Positions 30,114-39,796 of a DNA stretch of 64,000 bases are shown piece after piece. Numbering within the stretch: the first letter of the stretch is position 1; the number at the start of each line of letters is the position of its first letter. The stretch comes from Gloeobacterales cyanobacterium (GTDB lineage Bacteria > Cyanobacteriota > Cyanobacteriia > Gloeobacterales > PMM-0068): NCBI GenBank assembly GCA_038245785.1, contig JBBRSB010000004.1, forward strand, positions 1 to 64,000, read 5' to 3'. Made by a program: the position numbers and the translations under genes. The notes beneath the pieces were generated by a model that saw only the letters and a program-made list of their open reading frames with translations, searched no databases and was not told the origin of the DNA.

Positions 30114-30150
30114 GCTCCAGGTTACAACTGGAGGGTGTTGAGCGCCTTCC

Positions 30151-32238
30151 ATGATTTCCAAGATTTTCAATCAACGGACTGACCAGGAACACTTCCTGAA
30201 GAACTATCAGGGAGGCTATGCTGGCCTGACTGCCGTGCCAGGGGCCGGGAAAACGACGGTGCTCGTCCGTTTGTTTCTCCGGCTGGTGGAGCAGGGCATT
30301 TCGCCCGACAAAATCTTGGTCCTCTCCTATACCCGTGCTGCCAGCCGCAACTTCCAAGATCGTCTGGTGGCAGAAGCGCCTCAACTTAGCCGTCACCGCT
30401 TGGACAATATTTGTACGATTCATGCCTGTGCCCTGCGCCTGATTCGCGGTCAGCTCGGTCGCTGGGGATATAACCAAGAGAAGACGACAACGATTTCAGC
30501 ATTGCAAAAACGCGATTTGATTGAAGGCTTAGTCCAACAATGGCTTGTTGGTCGAGAAGCGCAGTGGCAGCAGTTCCTCGTGCCTAAAGTCAAACCTGAA
30601 CAGATACAGCAGTGGCGATTAAAACTGGTGGACTTGGCGGAGCAGGGCATCAGTTTGGTAAAACAGTGGCGGCTTTCGCCTACAGATTTGGAAAAGAGTA
30701 ATTTTACTTTTCAACAACAGCGATTTTTTCTGGCCCTGGTCAGCGGTGTTTTTCAGTCCTATCAAAAACAACTGAAAGAGCTGAATTTGCTCGATTTCGA
30801 TGACCTTGTTTATCTGGCGATTGAACTTCTAGAGGAGGACCATAGGCTTAGGGAATATTGGCAAAAGCACTATCAATACCTGTTAGAAGATGAAGCCCAG
30901 GATTCTTCTCCGGCGCAGTGTAGACTTTTGGAACTCTTGGCGGGGGCTGAGGGAAATTGGGTCCGGGTGGGAGATCCAAATCAGGCGATCTTTTCTTCCT
31001 TTACGGCATCCACTCCTCAATTTCTCAGTGAATTTTGTCAGCAAAACCAGCATTTTCAGTTAGAGCAATCGGGACGCTCTGTACAACCGATTGTCCAGCT
31101 TGCCAATAATTTGGTGACGGCAGTGATGGGGCAGCATCCCCATCCTCCTGCTCAAGACTCTTTCTTGGCTCAACGGATTCAGTCTGCCAGCAATAGCCCA
31201 GAACCTCATCTTCAAAGTGAACCGAGGTTTTGGAGCCGCGAAGAACGGGATGAAGAAATTCAGGAAGTGATCAGGCGCAGTAAGCGTTATTTGACTACCT
31301 ACCCGGACCATTCGGTAGGAATTTTGGCCTTTGCCAATAAGTATCTCGATGACTTCAATCGTCGTTTGTCCGCCCAGAATATCCCCTTTGTCGACCGCCG
31401 TAATAGTCCGGGAGGGGCTTTGCTCGATAACCTCCAGGTTCTGCTGCAATGGGTGGTGGACCCTCTAAGAAAGAAACATTTCCAAGAAGCGGTTCAGAAA
31501 ATTGGACGCTTTGAAAAAGGACCGATTATCAGTGGCTTACTTTCTCAAGTGGACCCGGTCTCTTTCTTGGATGGTGTGTGGGCTTGGCGCACTTTACCGG
31601 GTTGGAGCAAGCTCTCGGAGAACGATCAAATCGAACTGGTTACTATCGAGGAAAAACTAAGGTTTTACTATCAAAAGCGCATAGAACCGCTCCCAGAATT
31701 CTTACTCAGAACCAGTAAACTTTTTGGCGAAGATCCTGCCTGGATTGCCACGACCGAGCAATTAGCCCGTTCACTCGTGAATTCTGGTTATGCAAAGACG
31801 ACGGAGGAATTCTTAGATTTTTTGGCGTCTAAAAAAGGACAGCAATGGCGAGAAAAAATGGTCCCGATTGAAGAGGAGATGCTGGAAGAAGAAAAAGGAA
31901 TGATTGAGCTATGTACGCTGCATTCTGCTAAAGGCCGAGAGTGGGATGCCGTTTTTATTCCTGGCATCACGCCCTACTGGTTTCCCACAGATTACAATGA
32001 CCCCTTCCAGGGTGAATTAGATTTTCTGACCGTATATCCAGAAGCCTTGTTGAAAGCAGAAATTTTGGGCGCGGTCAATACGTCAGATCCTGGATTAGTG
32101 ACGAAGGATGAAATTATTCAAGAACGCCTGCGTTTGCTCTATGTAGGGATTACACGGGCTCGTCATTATCTAAGTTTGAGTACTTTTGGTAATCAATCAA
32201 GCGTCTTTACCTGGTTCTCTGAAGGCGTATGGTTTTAA
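30151..32238 (+). CDS. UvrD/Rep-family SF1 DNA helicase
   Basis: AVPGAGKT, DEAQD, VGDPNQAI, TLHSAKGREWD, RLLYVGITRA. Confidence 0.92.
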   Translation: MISKIFNQRTDQEHFLKNYQGGYAGLTAVPGAGKTTVLVRLFLRLVEQGISPDKILVLSYTRAASRNFQDRLVAEAPQLSRHRLDNICTIHACALRLIRGQLGRWGYNQEKTTTISALQKRDLIEGLVQQWLVGREAQWQQFLVPKVKPEQIQQWRLKLVDLAEQGISLVKQWRLSPTDLEKSNFTFQQQRFFLALVSGVFQSYQKQLKELNLLDFDDLVYLAIELLEEDHRLREYWQKHYQYLLEDEAQDSSPAQCRLLELLAGAEGNWVRVGDPNQAIFSSFTASTPQFLSEFCQQNQHFQLEQSGRSVQPIVQLANNLVTAVMGQHPHPPAQDSFLAQRIQSASNSPEPHLQSEPRFWSREERDEEIQEVIRRSKRYLTTYPDHSVGILAFANKYLDDFNRRLSAQNIPFVDRRNSPGGALLDNLQVLLQWVVDPLRKKHFQEAVQKIGRFEKGPIISGLLSQVDPVSFLDGVWAWRTLPGWSKLSENDQIELVTIEEKLRFYYQKRIEPLPEFLLRTSKLFGEDPAWIATTEQLARSLVNSGYAKTTEEFLDFLASKKGQQWREKMVPIEEEMLEEEKGMIELCTLHSAKGREWDAVFIPGITPYWFPTDYNDPFQGELDFLTVYPEALLKAEILGAVNTSDPGLVTKDEIIQERLRLLYVGITRARHYLSLSTFGNQSSVFTWFSEGVWF

Positions 32239-32295
32239 AGTGACTTGTATATATAGAGGATTGCACGGGTCTCCTCTAGTTTTCCTACTCCTGAT

Positions 32296-32895
32296 TTAAA
32301 TTAATTCTTGTTTGAGGATATTTGAGCATTCTTCCAAAGCATCCATCACTACATGAGGGTCTGCTGATTGCTGCATTATTTCTGCTTCGAGGTCAAGTCG
32401 ATTTTTAACATTGGGCAAGTCTTTTCTAAGTTCTTCAACTAAGGCAATGAGTTTGGCAACTTTCTGCTCAGATAATAAATTGATTTGCAAAGCCAATTGT
32501 GCCCGTTGCTCTGCTAACTGTTCCTGCCGACTCTGACGTACCAGCACCGCAGCCGTCATTACCAAAGAAACTAGACTAACTGACTCTTGTAGAAAGTAAA
32601 AAGGGGGTGGATCGAAAACTGGAATGTTCCACTGACGAGGCAAAGCATTAACCGTAATCCATAACCCATTAACAGCTAAAAGACTGTAGAAAAAAGCTGA
32701 ACGCCCAAAAACTTCAGTAATGTGCTCAATCAAACGTTGATGGTGCGTTACATCTTGTTCTGCTCGCACTCTTAAAGCATTAATAGTTTCAACATTTTGC
32801 CCAATATAGTCTGGGTACTGTGGCTTAGACGGAGCAGAAAATTGCTGCGCAACCCGTCTCTTTATAGAACTAATCGTACGCTTTGGGTTTTCCAT
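32296..32895 (-). CDS. DUF1003-domain membrane protein
   Basis: FDPPPF, VLVRQSRQ, LQINLLSEQKVAKLI. Confidence 0.85.
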   Translation of the reverse strand: MENPKRTISSIKRRVAQQFSAPSKPQYPDYIGQNVETINALRVRAEQDVTHHQRLIEHITEVFGRSAFFYSLLAVNGLWITVNALPRQWNIPVFDPPPFYFLQESVSLVSLVMTAAVLVRQSRQEQLAEQRAQLALQINLLSEQKVAKLIALVEELRKDLPNVKNRLDLEAEIMQQSADPHVVMDALEECSNILKQELI

Positions 32896-32944
32896 GCTTG
32901 CAGAGCGTTTCCAGTCTTAGTTGGTCTTGTAGCAATAGATGTCG

Positions 32945-32980
32945 TGATTTGTGATCCATTTCGAAATGGATCACAAATCA
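32945..32980. terminator. Perfect 36-bp palindrome (probable terminator or stabilising hairpin)
   Basis: TGATTTGTGATCCATTTCGAAATGGATCACAAATCA is its own reverse complement; 4 nt after the small ORF stop. Confidence 0.55.
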
Positions 32981-32984
32981 TCGT

Positions 32985-33140
32985 TTACACCGCGCTTCGA
33001 CCTGTAATCAGGTTATAAGCCACACCAATTAAAGCTAAAACTAAAAGGATGTGGATTAAGCCACCACCCACATGAACGGCAAACCCAAACAGCCATAGGA
33101 AGAACAAAACAACAACGCCTGTCCAAACTAAACTAACCAT
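32985..33140 (-). CDS. Small membrane protein, lmo0937/DUF5670-like (51 aa; absent from ORF track)
   Basis: MVSLVWTGVVVLFFLWLFGFAVHVGGGLIHILLVLALIGVAYNLITGRSAV; AGGT RBS upstream. Confidence 0.85.
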   Translation of the reverse strand: MVSLVWTGVVVLFFLWLFGFAVHVGGGLIHILLVLALIGVAYNLITGRSAV

Positions 33141-33259
33141 GACTATTACCTATATTTCTAATGCTGCGATACTAATATCGTAAGTAAATCTCTGTTAATT
33201 GGAACCCGCCTAAAGGAGTAGATTTTTTTGTGGTCTGGAAGGCTGCCGCTCTGACAGAG

Positions 33260-33275
33260 TGTAGTAATCAATACA
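33260..33275 (+). promoter_or_regulatory. NtcA binding site upstream of cynS
   Basis: TGTA-GTAATCAA-TACA matches GTA-N8-TAC; a weak -10-like GATAGT lies 22 nt downstream. Confidence 0.65.
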
Positions 33276-33460
33276 TTTTGAGCTTTTCGCGCCTGAGATA
33301 GTACCAACAACCTTATCCCTAACGATAAATCCTTAACGTTCAATGGAGAGACTGAATATGGGCTATGCCATCTAGCCTTTCAAACCCGAGAGATTAGAGG
33401 AGACCGAGAGCATTCTTCCCAATAACAGCTACACAACTCTTTACCCGATGAGGAATTTCC

Positions 33461-33904
33461 ATGGCCATTCTTGAAATCACCGATGTTCTGCTAGAAGCAA
33501 AAAAAGAACAGAAGCTTACCTTTGCTCAATTGGGAAAGCTCCTTGGACGCGATAAAGTCTGGGTGGCAGCCCTTTTCTATGGTCAGGCACGAGCTTCGGA
33601 GGATGAAGCGTCTAAGCTGTTAGATGCTCTAGATTTAGAAGAAGACTTAGCTGAAATCTTGACTGATTTTCCCCTCAAAGGGGCTCTGGATGAGACGGTC
33701 CCCAGTGACCCTCTGATCTATCGTTTTTATGAAATCATGCAGGTCTATGGCATGCCGATGAAGGACGTGATTCAGGAAGAATTTGGCGATGGGATCATGA
33801 GCGCTATCGATTTCACGCTCACGATTGACAAAGAAGAAGACCCGAAAGGGGACCGCGTAGTCGTTACCTACAATGGCAAATTCTTACCCTACAAAAAATG
33901 GTGA
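33461..33904 (+). CDS. cynS: Cyanase (cyanate hydratase)
   Basis: [34 protein letters not shown]. Confidence 0.96.
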   Translation: MAILEITDVLLEAKKEQKLTFAQLGKLLGRDKVWVAALFYGQARASEDEASKLLDALDLEEDLAEILTDFPLKGALDETVPSDPLIYRFYEIMQVYGMPMKDVIQEEFGDGIMSAIDFTLTIDKEEDPKGDRVVVTYNGKFLPYKKW

Positions 33905-33972
33905 CAGCGGATGAGCAGGGTCTTCTTCGAGACAGAGAAGACTCTGCTTTTTCGCTATACTGAAGCCCAACT

Positions 33973-34563
33973 ATGGCTAATCTCAAACGCACGCGAGACG
34001 ATATTCTGGTATCCATTCTTGACACTGTCCACCGTAAAGGCTTCAACGCGACGGGACTAAGTGAGCTATTTTCTGTTAGCGGTGCATCGTCTGGAAGCTT
34101 CTATAACTACTTTCACTCTAAGCATGAACTGGGCCATGCCTTGATTGACTTTGAGTGGAAAAGTCTTAGGGAACAGATCATCGAGCCGTCCTTTAGCGAA
34201 CATGAAGACCCGATTCTCCAACTGAGGGCGATGCTTGACCGCTTGGAGGCGAAACAGTTATCAGCCCCTGATTGTGCCGGTTGTTTGCTGGGAAATTTGA
34301 TTGTAGATTTAGTCGAGCAGGATGAATCTTTCCGCACCCATCTCATCGCTGTATTTGATGAATGGGAAGCAAGAATTGCGGAGGCCCTCAGCCGAGATAG
34401 CGATCAAGTCGCTCCTGAGGTGATAGCAGAACAAATGACCACCCTGCTTGAGGGCGTGATGTTGATGGGCAGGCTACGCCGCGACCACGATCGAGTTCGT
34501 CGTGGGTTTGCTGCTGCCCGCAATTTGCTCCAGCAGTCCACAAAGTCTAAGGTCTCTGCCTAA
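33973..34563 (+). CDS. TetR/AcrR-family regulator
   Basis: KGFNATGL..SGSFYNYFHSKHEL HTH; GCLLGNL motif. Confidence 0.92.
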   Translation: MANLKRTRDDILVSILDTVHRKGFNATGLSELFSVSGASSGSFYNYFHSKHELGHALIDFEWKSLREQIIEPSFSEHEDPILQLRAMLDRLEAKQLSAPDCAGCLLGNLIVDLVEQDESFRTHLIAVFDEWEARIAEALSRDSDQVAPEVIAEQMTTLLEGVMLMGRLRRDHDRVRRGFAAARNLLQQSTKSKVSA

Positions 34564-34618
34564 ATTGGGTGAGCCGTAGCGTAAGACACTTTAATTTTAT
34601 CCAAACTCGATTAATTAT

Positions 34619-34632
34619 ATAGAACGTTCTAT
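34619..34632. promoter_or_regulatory. Candidate TetR operator
   Basis: Perfect palindrome ATAGAACGTTCTAT between tetR and the rhodanese gene. Confidence 0.55.
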
Positions 34633-34720
34633 TTAGAATTTATCTCTGAGGCTAACGGTTGAGCCTGAGCGGATTATGGCTATGCAAAGAACCAACCTAT
34701 GAAAAAGGAGTAGGACCGAC

Positions 34721-35596
34721 ATGGAAGTTTCACCCTTGATTTCTCCAGCCCAGTTAGCGTTAGAGAAGGAACAGGAGTCTGTCGTTATCATCGATACCCG
34801 TGCCCCGGAAGAGTACGCCATTTCCCATATCCCTGGTGCGGTGAACATCCGCGAAATATTTACCTATTTGACCAACTCCACCCCAGAAGCTTTGCTCGGC
34901 CTGCAGTCCTTATTTTCAGAAATTCTTGGCGCGGCTGGTCTGTCGGGCGAAGAACGGGCGGTTATTTACGAAGATGCGATGGACAGTGGCTATGGACAAT
35001 CTTGCCGGGGATATTTTTTACTGAAGTATCTAGGGTATCCCAAGGTATCTGTTTTGCATGGAGGCTATAAAGCATGGCAGGCTGCAGGGCTTTCGACCAC
35101 AGCAGAAGTGCCCACGCCTCAGAAGAAAGTGCTTCCCCTAGAGATTAATACTTCGATCATGGTCACAACCGAGGAAATGCTGAGCGCACTCAGTGACCCA
35201 AAGGTGATCAAGTTGGATGTCCGAGATTATGACGAGTGGATAGGCACTAGTTCTTCGCCCTATGGGGTGGATTTCTGCCCGCGCAAAGGCCGGATTCCAG
35301 GTGCCGTCTGGATTGAGTGGTATGAGATGATGATGCCCGATTCCGAAATTCCAATGTTCAAGTCTAAAGAAGAAATTATCGCACTCTGCGAGGAAGTGGG
35401 CATCACACCGGATTCTGCGGTATACGTCTATTGCTTCAAGGGGTCTCGCGCTTCTAACACGCTGCTGGCCCTGAAAGAAGCAGGAATTAAAGATGTCCGC
35501 AACTACTTTAGCTCCTGGAATGAATGGTCTCGTGACCCATCTCTTCCGATTGAAACGGGGCAACCCAGTCCAGTCAGTATGGTTTCCCGTGTTTAA
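34721..35596 (+). CDS. Two-domain rhodanese / sulfurtransferase
   Basis: HIPGAVN, LHGG, LDVR, GRIPGA, YCFKGSR active-site loop, SWNEWS. Confidence 0.92.
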   Translation: MEVSPLISPAQLALEKEQESVVIIDTRAPEEYAISHIPGAVNIREIFTYLTNSTPEALLGLQSLFSEILGAAGLSGEERAVIYEDAMDSGYGQSCRGYFLLKYLGYPKVSVLHGGYKAWQAAGLSTTAEVPTPQKKVLPLEINTSIMVTTEEMLSALSDPKVIKLDVRDYDEWIGTSSSPYGVDFCPRKGRIPGAVWIEWYEMMMPDSEIPMFKSKEEIIALCEEVGITPDSAVYVYCFKGSRASNTLLALKEAGIKDVRNYFSSWNEWSRDPSLPIETGQPSPVSMVSRV

Positions 35597-35652
35597 CTGG
35601 CTACTCAGAATTCCCTATGCGCCGATGCTGAGTAGCAGCTAAAGATAGATAC

Positions 35653-35678
35653 AAAAACCCCCGGTCGAGGCCGGGGGA
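35653..35678 (-). terminator. Rho-independent terminator downstream of the PIN toxin gene
   Basis: Minus strand CCCCCGGCCTCGACCGGGGG-TTTTT. Confidence 0.7.
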
Positions 35679-35744
35679 TAGGGAAGATTCTTGTCAATAT
35701 AGAGATGTCATTTTATTCATTTGGTAACACATCTTTCTTCTGCA

Positions 35745-36173
35745 CTACAGCACTTGGACTTTCTGGGCAATGGCCTCACCCAAACGAGTAAAGTGTTTAG
35801 GGTTAAGCGTTAAGAGCGCATCAGCTTGGGCTTTAATTACCGCTTGAGCAATCAGAGCATCGAAGATGCCACCACCGGGTAATTGATGCTGAACCATGAG
35901 GCTAATCGCCGCAATGTAATCTTCTGTAGAAAGGGGGATGAGTTCAAAGGTTTGTAGATTATCGCGAATCAGCTCTTGCGCTAGGGCAGGGGGAATTCGA
36001 GTTTGAGGAATCCGTGTCAGTACAGAATAGAGTTCTGCCAAGGTATGGGTGGTGGCGAGGCCATTGATTTGCCTTGCTTGAGCTTGTTGGAGCATAGATA
36101 AGCATGTCGTATGGCGAGTGTGCCCGGTCAGCATGGCGGCAACGAGCACTGAGGTATCAAAGAGATATTTCAT
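35745..36173 (-). CDS. PIN-domain (VapC-like) toxin
   Basis: YLFDTSVLV, TLAELY, IFDALIA, LLTLNPKHF. Confidence 0.9.
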   Translation of the reverse strand: MKYLFDTSVLVAAMLTGHTRHTTCLSMLQQAQARQINGLATTHTLAELYSVLTRIPQTRIPPALAQELIRDNLQTFELIPLSTEDYIAAISLMVQHQLPGGGIFDALIAQAVIKAQADALLTLNPKHFTRLGEAIAQKVQVL

Positions 36174-36427
36174 GCGCCAATTTGGCTTTGAATGCGTTCT
36201 TCGCGCAGGTCATCGATTAGAGTATCGAGATTACCAAGCGGTGGGGTGTCCAGTACCAAGGCGGTGCCTTCACGATGGACTTTAGCTTCTTGGCTTACGG
36301 GTTGGAGAATAATGCAGCCGTTGCTGACTTCCAGATTGAGGGATTGGGAATCCATGAGGCCAAGCTGTTGGCGAATTTCTAGGGGTATTTCTAAACGTCC
36401 GGTTTCGTCGATGATGATGGCAGTCAT
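36170..36427 (-). CDS. AbrB/MazE-type antitoxin
   Basis: IDETGRLEIPLEIRQQLGL; ATGA overlap with the PIN gene. Confidence 0.88.
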   Translation of the reverse strand: MTAIIIDETGRLEIPLEIRQQLGLMDSQSLNLEVSNGCIILQPVSQEAKVHREGTALVLDTPPLGNLDTLIDDLREERIQSQIGA

Positions 36428-36674
36428 GGGTATGTTTCCTGCTAGACAGTCAAACGGTTTGCTAATTCAATAATTATAGTCAGTGACCCTGAGCAGCTTG
36501 TCATTTGGGAGTGGCAACAATTATTAATCGGTCGAGGGCATTGCAGCTATAAGCTGCACTTACCTCATTGGGCAAACTCATTCCCGCTTTACAGTCTAAA
36601 GCACCGTAATTGAATCCTAAAGTCTAAGACCCTTCCGTTATTGACCTCAGGCGGTCATTATCATCTTAGAAAGG

Positions 36675-37192
36675 TTATTTATTCAACATTGATAAATCTC
36701 TTATTCTTAGTATTTGATCGGTCGGATCTTTGGCATCTGTATTAAAACGAAATTTTATATTTTTGCCTTGCACTGTTGTAATTATCATTTCTGAAAACAT
36801 ATGGTTTGTTTTTTCGATGTCAAGTCCACTTACCTCTGCCCAACTGATTTCACGTGCTAGAGAATATATTTTGTATAGGCTAATTCTTTGCCTGGTATAG
36901 CTATTCCTGCAAAAGAACTAAATGAGTACTGGTCATAAAATATCAATGCTACCCAAAAACCTATGTAAATGCAAAATCCTAGAAGACCTTGATATTCAAT
37001 TATTTCACTAAAGTATTTAAGACTTAGTATATTGGCACCAGCATAAATGGGGAAAACTATAAGTACTAATACCAGACAAAAAATACCCATAAGGGAAAAA
37101 ACAGATTCAATATTCCAGCAGGTTATTGTTTCATTATCTTCTGTTGGCGGAAACTCCATTTTATTGATTGCATCCACATTCGAAAACCTCAA
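36675..37192 (-). pseudogene. AT-rich hypothetical membrane protein, probably frameshifted
   Basis: Two-TM ORF 36857-37192; a shifted frame continues without stops (REISWAEVSGLDIEK..LSMLNK) to TAA at 36675. Confidence 0.4.
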
Positions 37193-37285
37193 TAGCTATA
37201 GTTCCCAAATTTCCAACGACAGGATAAGGGCTGATCAAACGTTCAGCAGAACGAAATATCTCTAAATCTATAGAGGCAAAGGGAA

Positions 37286-37843
37286 TCAGCTAAAAGCGGG
37301 ATCTTTGAGATAGTCCTGGAAGCTCATTGCCTGTTGGTCTTTTTTCGATAGGACCGGGTCTTTGAGCGGCCAATCGATGCCTATGTCAGGATCATTCCAA
37401 GCCAAGCTTTTCTCTGCCGTAGGACTGTAATAGCCCGTCTGTTTATACTGCACTTCGACAAAGTCTGTGAGCGAGGCGAAACCATGGGCAAAACCAGGAG
37501 GGATGTAAAACTGCTTCTTATTCGCGGCGGAGAGTTCAAGTCCGAACCATTTGCCAAAAGTGGGAGAGCTGGCCCGTAAGTCCACCACCACATCAAAAAC
37601 AGTGCCGAGCGTACAGCGGACCAATTTACCTAAGGGCGCGGTCATATCTTGATAGTGCAACCCTCGCAACACGCCATAGGTAGACCGAGAGTGGTTTTCC
37701 TGGAAGAATTCCAGGTCCAAGCCCATCGCTGCAAAATCTTTCTTTTGCCAGACCTCCATAAAGAAGCCCCGCTCATCTTCAAAACATTGAACATCAATGA
37801 TTACAGGACCCTCTAGCGGAGTCTTAGTCAGTTCGGCCTTCAT
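37286..37843 (-). CDS. rfbC: dTDP-4-dehydrorhamnose 3,5-epimerase
   Basis: DERGFF, QENHSRS, GVLRGLHYQ, PPGFAHGF, WNDPDIGIDWP. Confidence 0.96.
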   Translation of the reverse strand: MKAELTKTPLEGPVIIDVQCFEDERGFFMEVWQKKDFAAMGLDLEFFQENHSRSTYGVLRGLHYQDMTAPLGKLVRCTLGTVFDVVVDLRASSPTFGKWFGLELSAANKKQFYIPPGFAHGFASLTDFVEVQYKQTGYYSPTAEKSLAWNDPDIGIDWPLKDPVLSKKDQQAMSFQDYLKDPAFS

Positions 37844-37872
37844 AGTGCTTCGTCGTTCCTCAAAAGGACAAT

Positions 37873-38946
37873 CTAGGGAATCTCAATGTGAGAATCATCT
37901 CCTAACAAAAAGCGATAGGCTTTGGGCTGGGATGGGGCGCGGGAGAGTTTGGCCCGACGACCGATTAGGCTATCTACAATCCGACTATCGATGCCCTCTA
38001 CCACCGCTCCTTCGAGGATTACGGAGTGTTCTATATCCACGCCTCTTAGCAAGACTCCATCGGCAATGCTGGAATAGGGACCAATGAAGCAATCTTCCAA
38101 GATGCAGTTGCGACCAATCACCACCGGACCTCGTATCGAACAGCGAATCAGGTCGCTGCCTGGACCCACCTGGACGCGACCAACTAATTGGGTTTGTTCA
38201 TCTTTAGTGCCCTGGAAACCTGTTTGACACCGCTCGTCTAGGAGGATGCGATTGGCTTCGAGCATGTCATCTTTCTTTCCAGTATCCAGCCACCAACCCT
38301 GTAGTTCTTCGGCTTGGACCGCATACTGACCATCAATCAGATGTTGGATCGCATCCGTAATCTCCAATTCTCCCCGCGGTGAGGGCAGAATCTGGGCAAT
38401 GGACTGATGGACTTGAGGAGAGAAGAAATAGACCCCAACCAAGGCCAGATTCGAAGGCGGATCTTTGGGTTTTTCTATCAAGCGCAGCACTTTACCTTGC
38501 CCATCAATCTGGGCCACGCCGAACGCTCTCGGATTTTTTACCTGTCTCAGCAGAATCAAAGCATCTAGACTCTCCGCTTTAAACTGTTCGATAAAGCGAT
38601 CCAGATCATCACAAATCAGGTTATCCCCCAGATACATGACAAAGGGAGAATCTTTCAAAAAGTCCTGGCTCGTTTTTACCGCATGGGCCAAGCCAGAAGG
38701 ATGGTCCTGGCGAATGTAGGTCAGCTTCGCTCCAAACTGTTCGCCATTTCCTGTTACCTGCTGGATTTCATCCCCCGTCTCCGGGCTAATCACAATCCCA
38801 ATTTCAGTGACGCCCGCTTTGACCATCGCTTCCAGACCATACCAAAGCACGGGCTTGTTGGCTACAGGAACCAGTTGTTTTGCGCCTGTATAGGTCAAGG
38901 GCCTAAGCCGAGTGCCCTTGCCTCCCGAGAGAATTAGTCCACGCAT
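37873..38946 (-). CDS. rfbA: Glucose-1-phosphate thymidylyltransferase (long form)
   Basis: LSGGKGTRLRPLT..KQLVPVANKP, RGELEITDAI, WWLDTG. Confidence 0.93.
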   Translation of the reverse strand: MRGLILSGGKGTRLRPLTYTGAKQLVPVANKPVLWYGLEAMVKAGVTEIGIVISPETGDEIQQVTGNGEQFGAKLTYIRQDHPSGLAHAVKTSQDFLKDSPFVMYLGDNLICDDLDRFIEQFKAESLDALILLRQVKNPRAFGVAQIDGQGKVLRLIEKPKDPPSNLALVGVYFFSPQVHQSIAQILPSPRGELEITDAIQHLIDGQYAVQAEELQGWWLDTGKKDDMLEANRILLDERCQTGFQGTKDEQTQLVGRVQVGPGSDLIRCSIRGPVVIGRNCILEDCFIGPYSSIADGVLLRGVDIEHSVILEGAVVEGIDSRIVDSLIGRRAKLSRAPSQPKAYRFLLGDDSHIEIP

Positions 38947-39794
38947 GGTTTAGCCTCAGCTAAGTATTGACTCAAACTTTCACGCCAATCGGTTAAAGGA
39001 ATTCCCAAATTGTGCAGAGAGGATTTATCGAGCAAAGAATATTGGGGTCTGGGAGCAGGCCGCTTAAATTCTTCAGTCGTCACCGGACGGACAGGCGTTG
39101 TTAGCCCCTTCTGTCGCAGAATTTCCTGGGCGAAATCGAACCAGGTGCAGGTTCCTTCATCACTGCAATGGTGTATTCCGTATTGCTCTGTCTGAATTAA
39201 TTGCTCTAAGGCTTTGGCCAGGGTCATCGTCCAGGTGGGGGAACCCTTTTGGTCCGCCACCACCTTCAGTTCTGTCTGGGTTTGGGCCAGATGGATCATC
39301 GTATCGACAAAGTTTTTGCCATGCTTGCCGTAGAGCCAACTGGTGCGCACGATGAAGTAACGTTCGAGGATGCCTTGAACAGCCCATTCTCCCATCAGCT
39401 TAGAACGCCCGTAGACGCCTAGCGGAGCCGTAGGATCATTGGGAAGATAGGGATGCGGCTGGGTTCCGTTGAATACGTAGTCTGTGGAGATGTACACCAT
39501 CGCTGCGTCTATCGCTTTACAGGCCACGGCGACATTCTGCGTGCCATAGCCATTGACGAGGTAAGCAGTAGCAGCATCGGACTCTGCTTTGTCTACGGCC
39601 GTATAGGCAGCTCCATGGATCACCACCTGCGGGCGATGAGCAGTGAAGAAAGCCTGTACCGCTTCAGGCTTAGTAATGTCCAATTCTTTGAGATCCGCCG
39701 CCAAGACCTGATGGCCTTGTTGCTTTAAATAGGGCACGAGATCTTGTCCCAGCATCCCTCTTGCCCCAGTCACCAGCACATGCATAGAAGTCAT
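38934..39794 (-). CDS. rfbD: dTDP-4-dehydrorhamnose reductase
   Basis: TGARGMLG, AAYTAVDKAE, STDYVF, YGRSK, PAPRP. Confidence 0.96.
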   Translation of the reverse strand: MTSMHVLVTGARGMLGQDLVPYLKQQGHQVLAADLKELDITKPEAVQAFFTAHRPQVVIHGAAYTAVDKAESDAATAYLVNGYGTQNVAVACKAIDAAMVYISTDYVFNGTQPHPYLPNDPTAPLGVYGRSKLMGEWAVQGILERYFIVRTSWLYGKHGKNFVDTMIHLAQTQTELKVVADQKGSPTWTMTLAKALEQLIQTEQYGIHHCSDEGTCTWFDFAQEILRQKGLTTPVRPVTTEEFKRPAPRPQYSLLDKSSLHNLGIPLTDWRESLSQYLAEAKPCVD

Positions 39795-39796
39795 AG

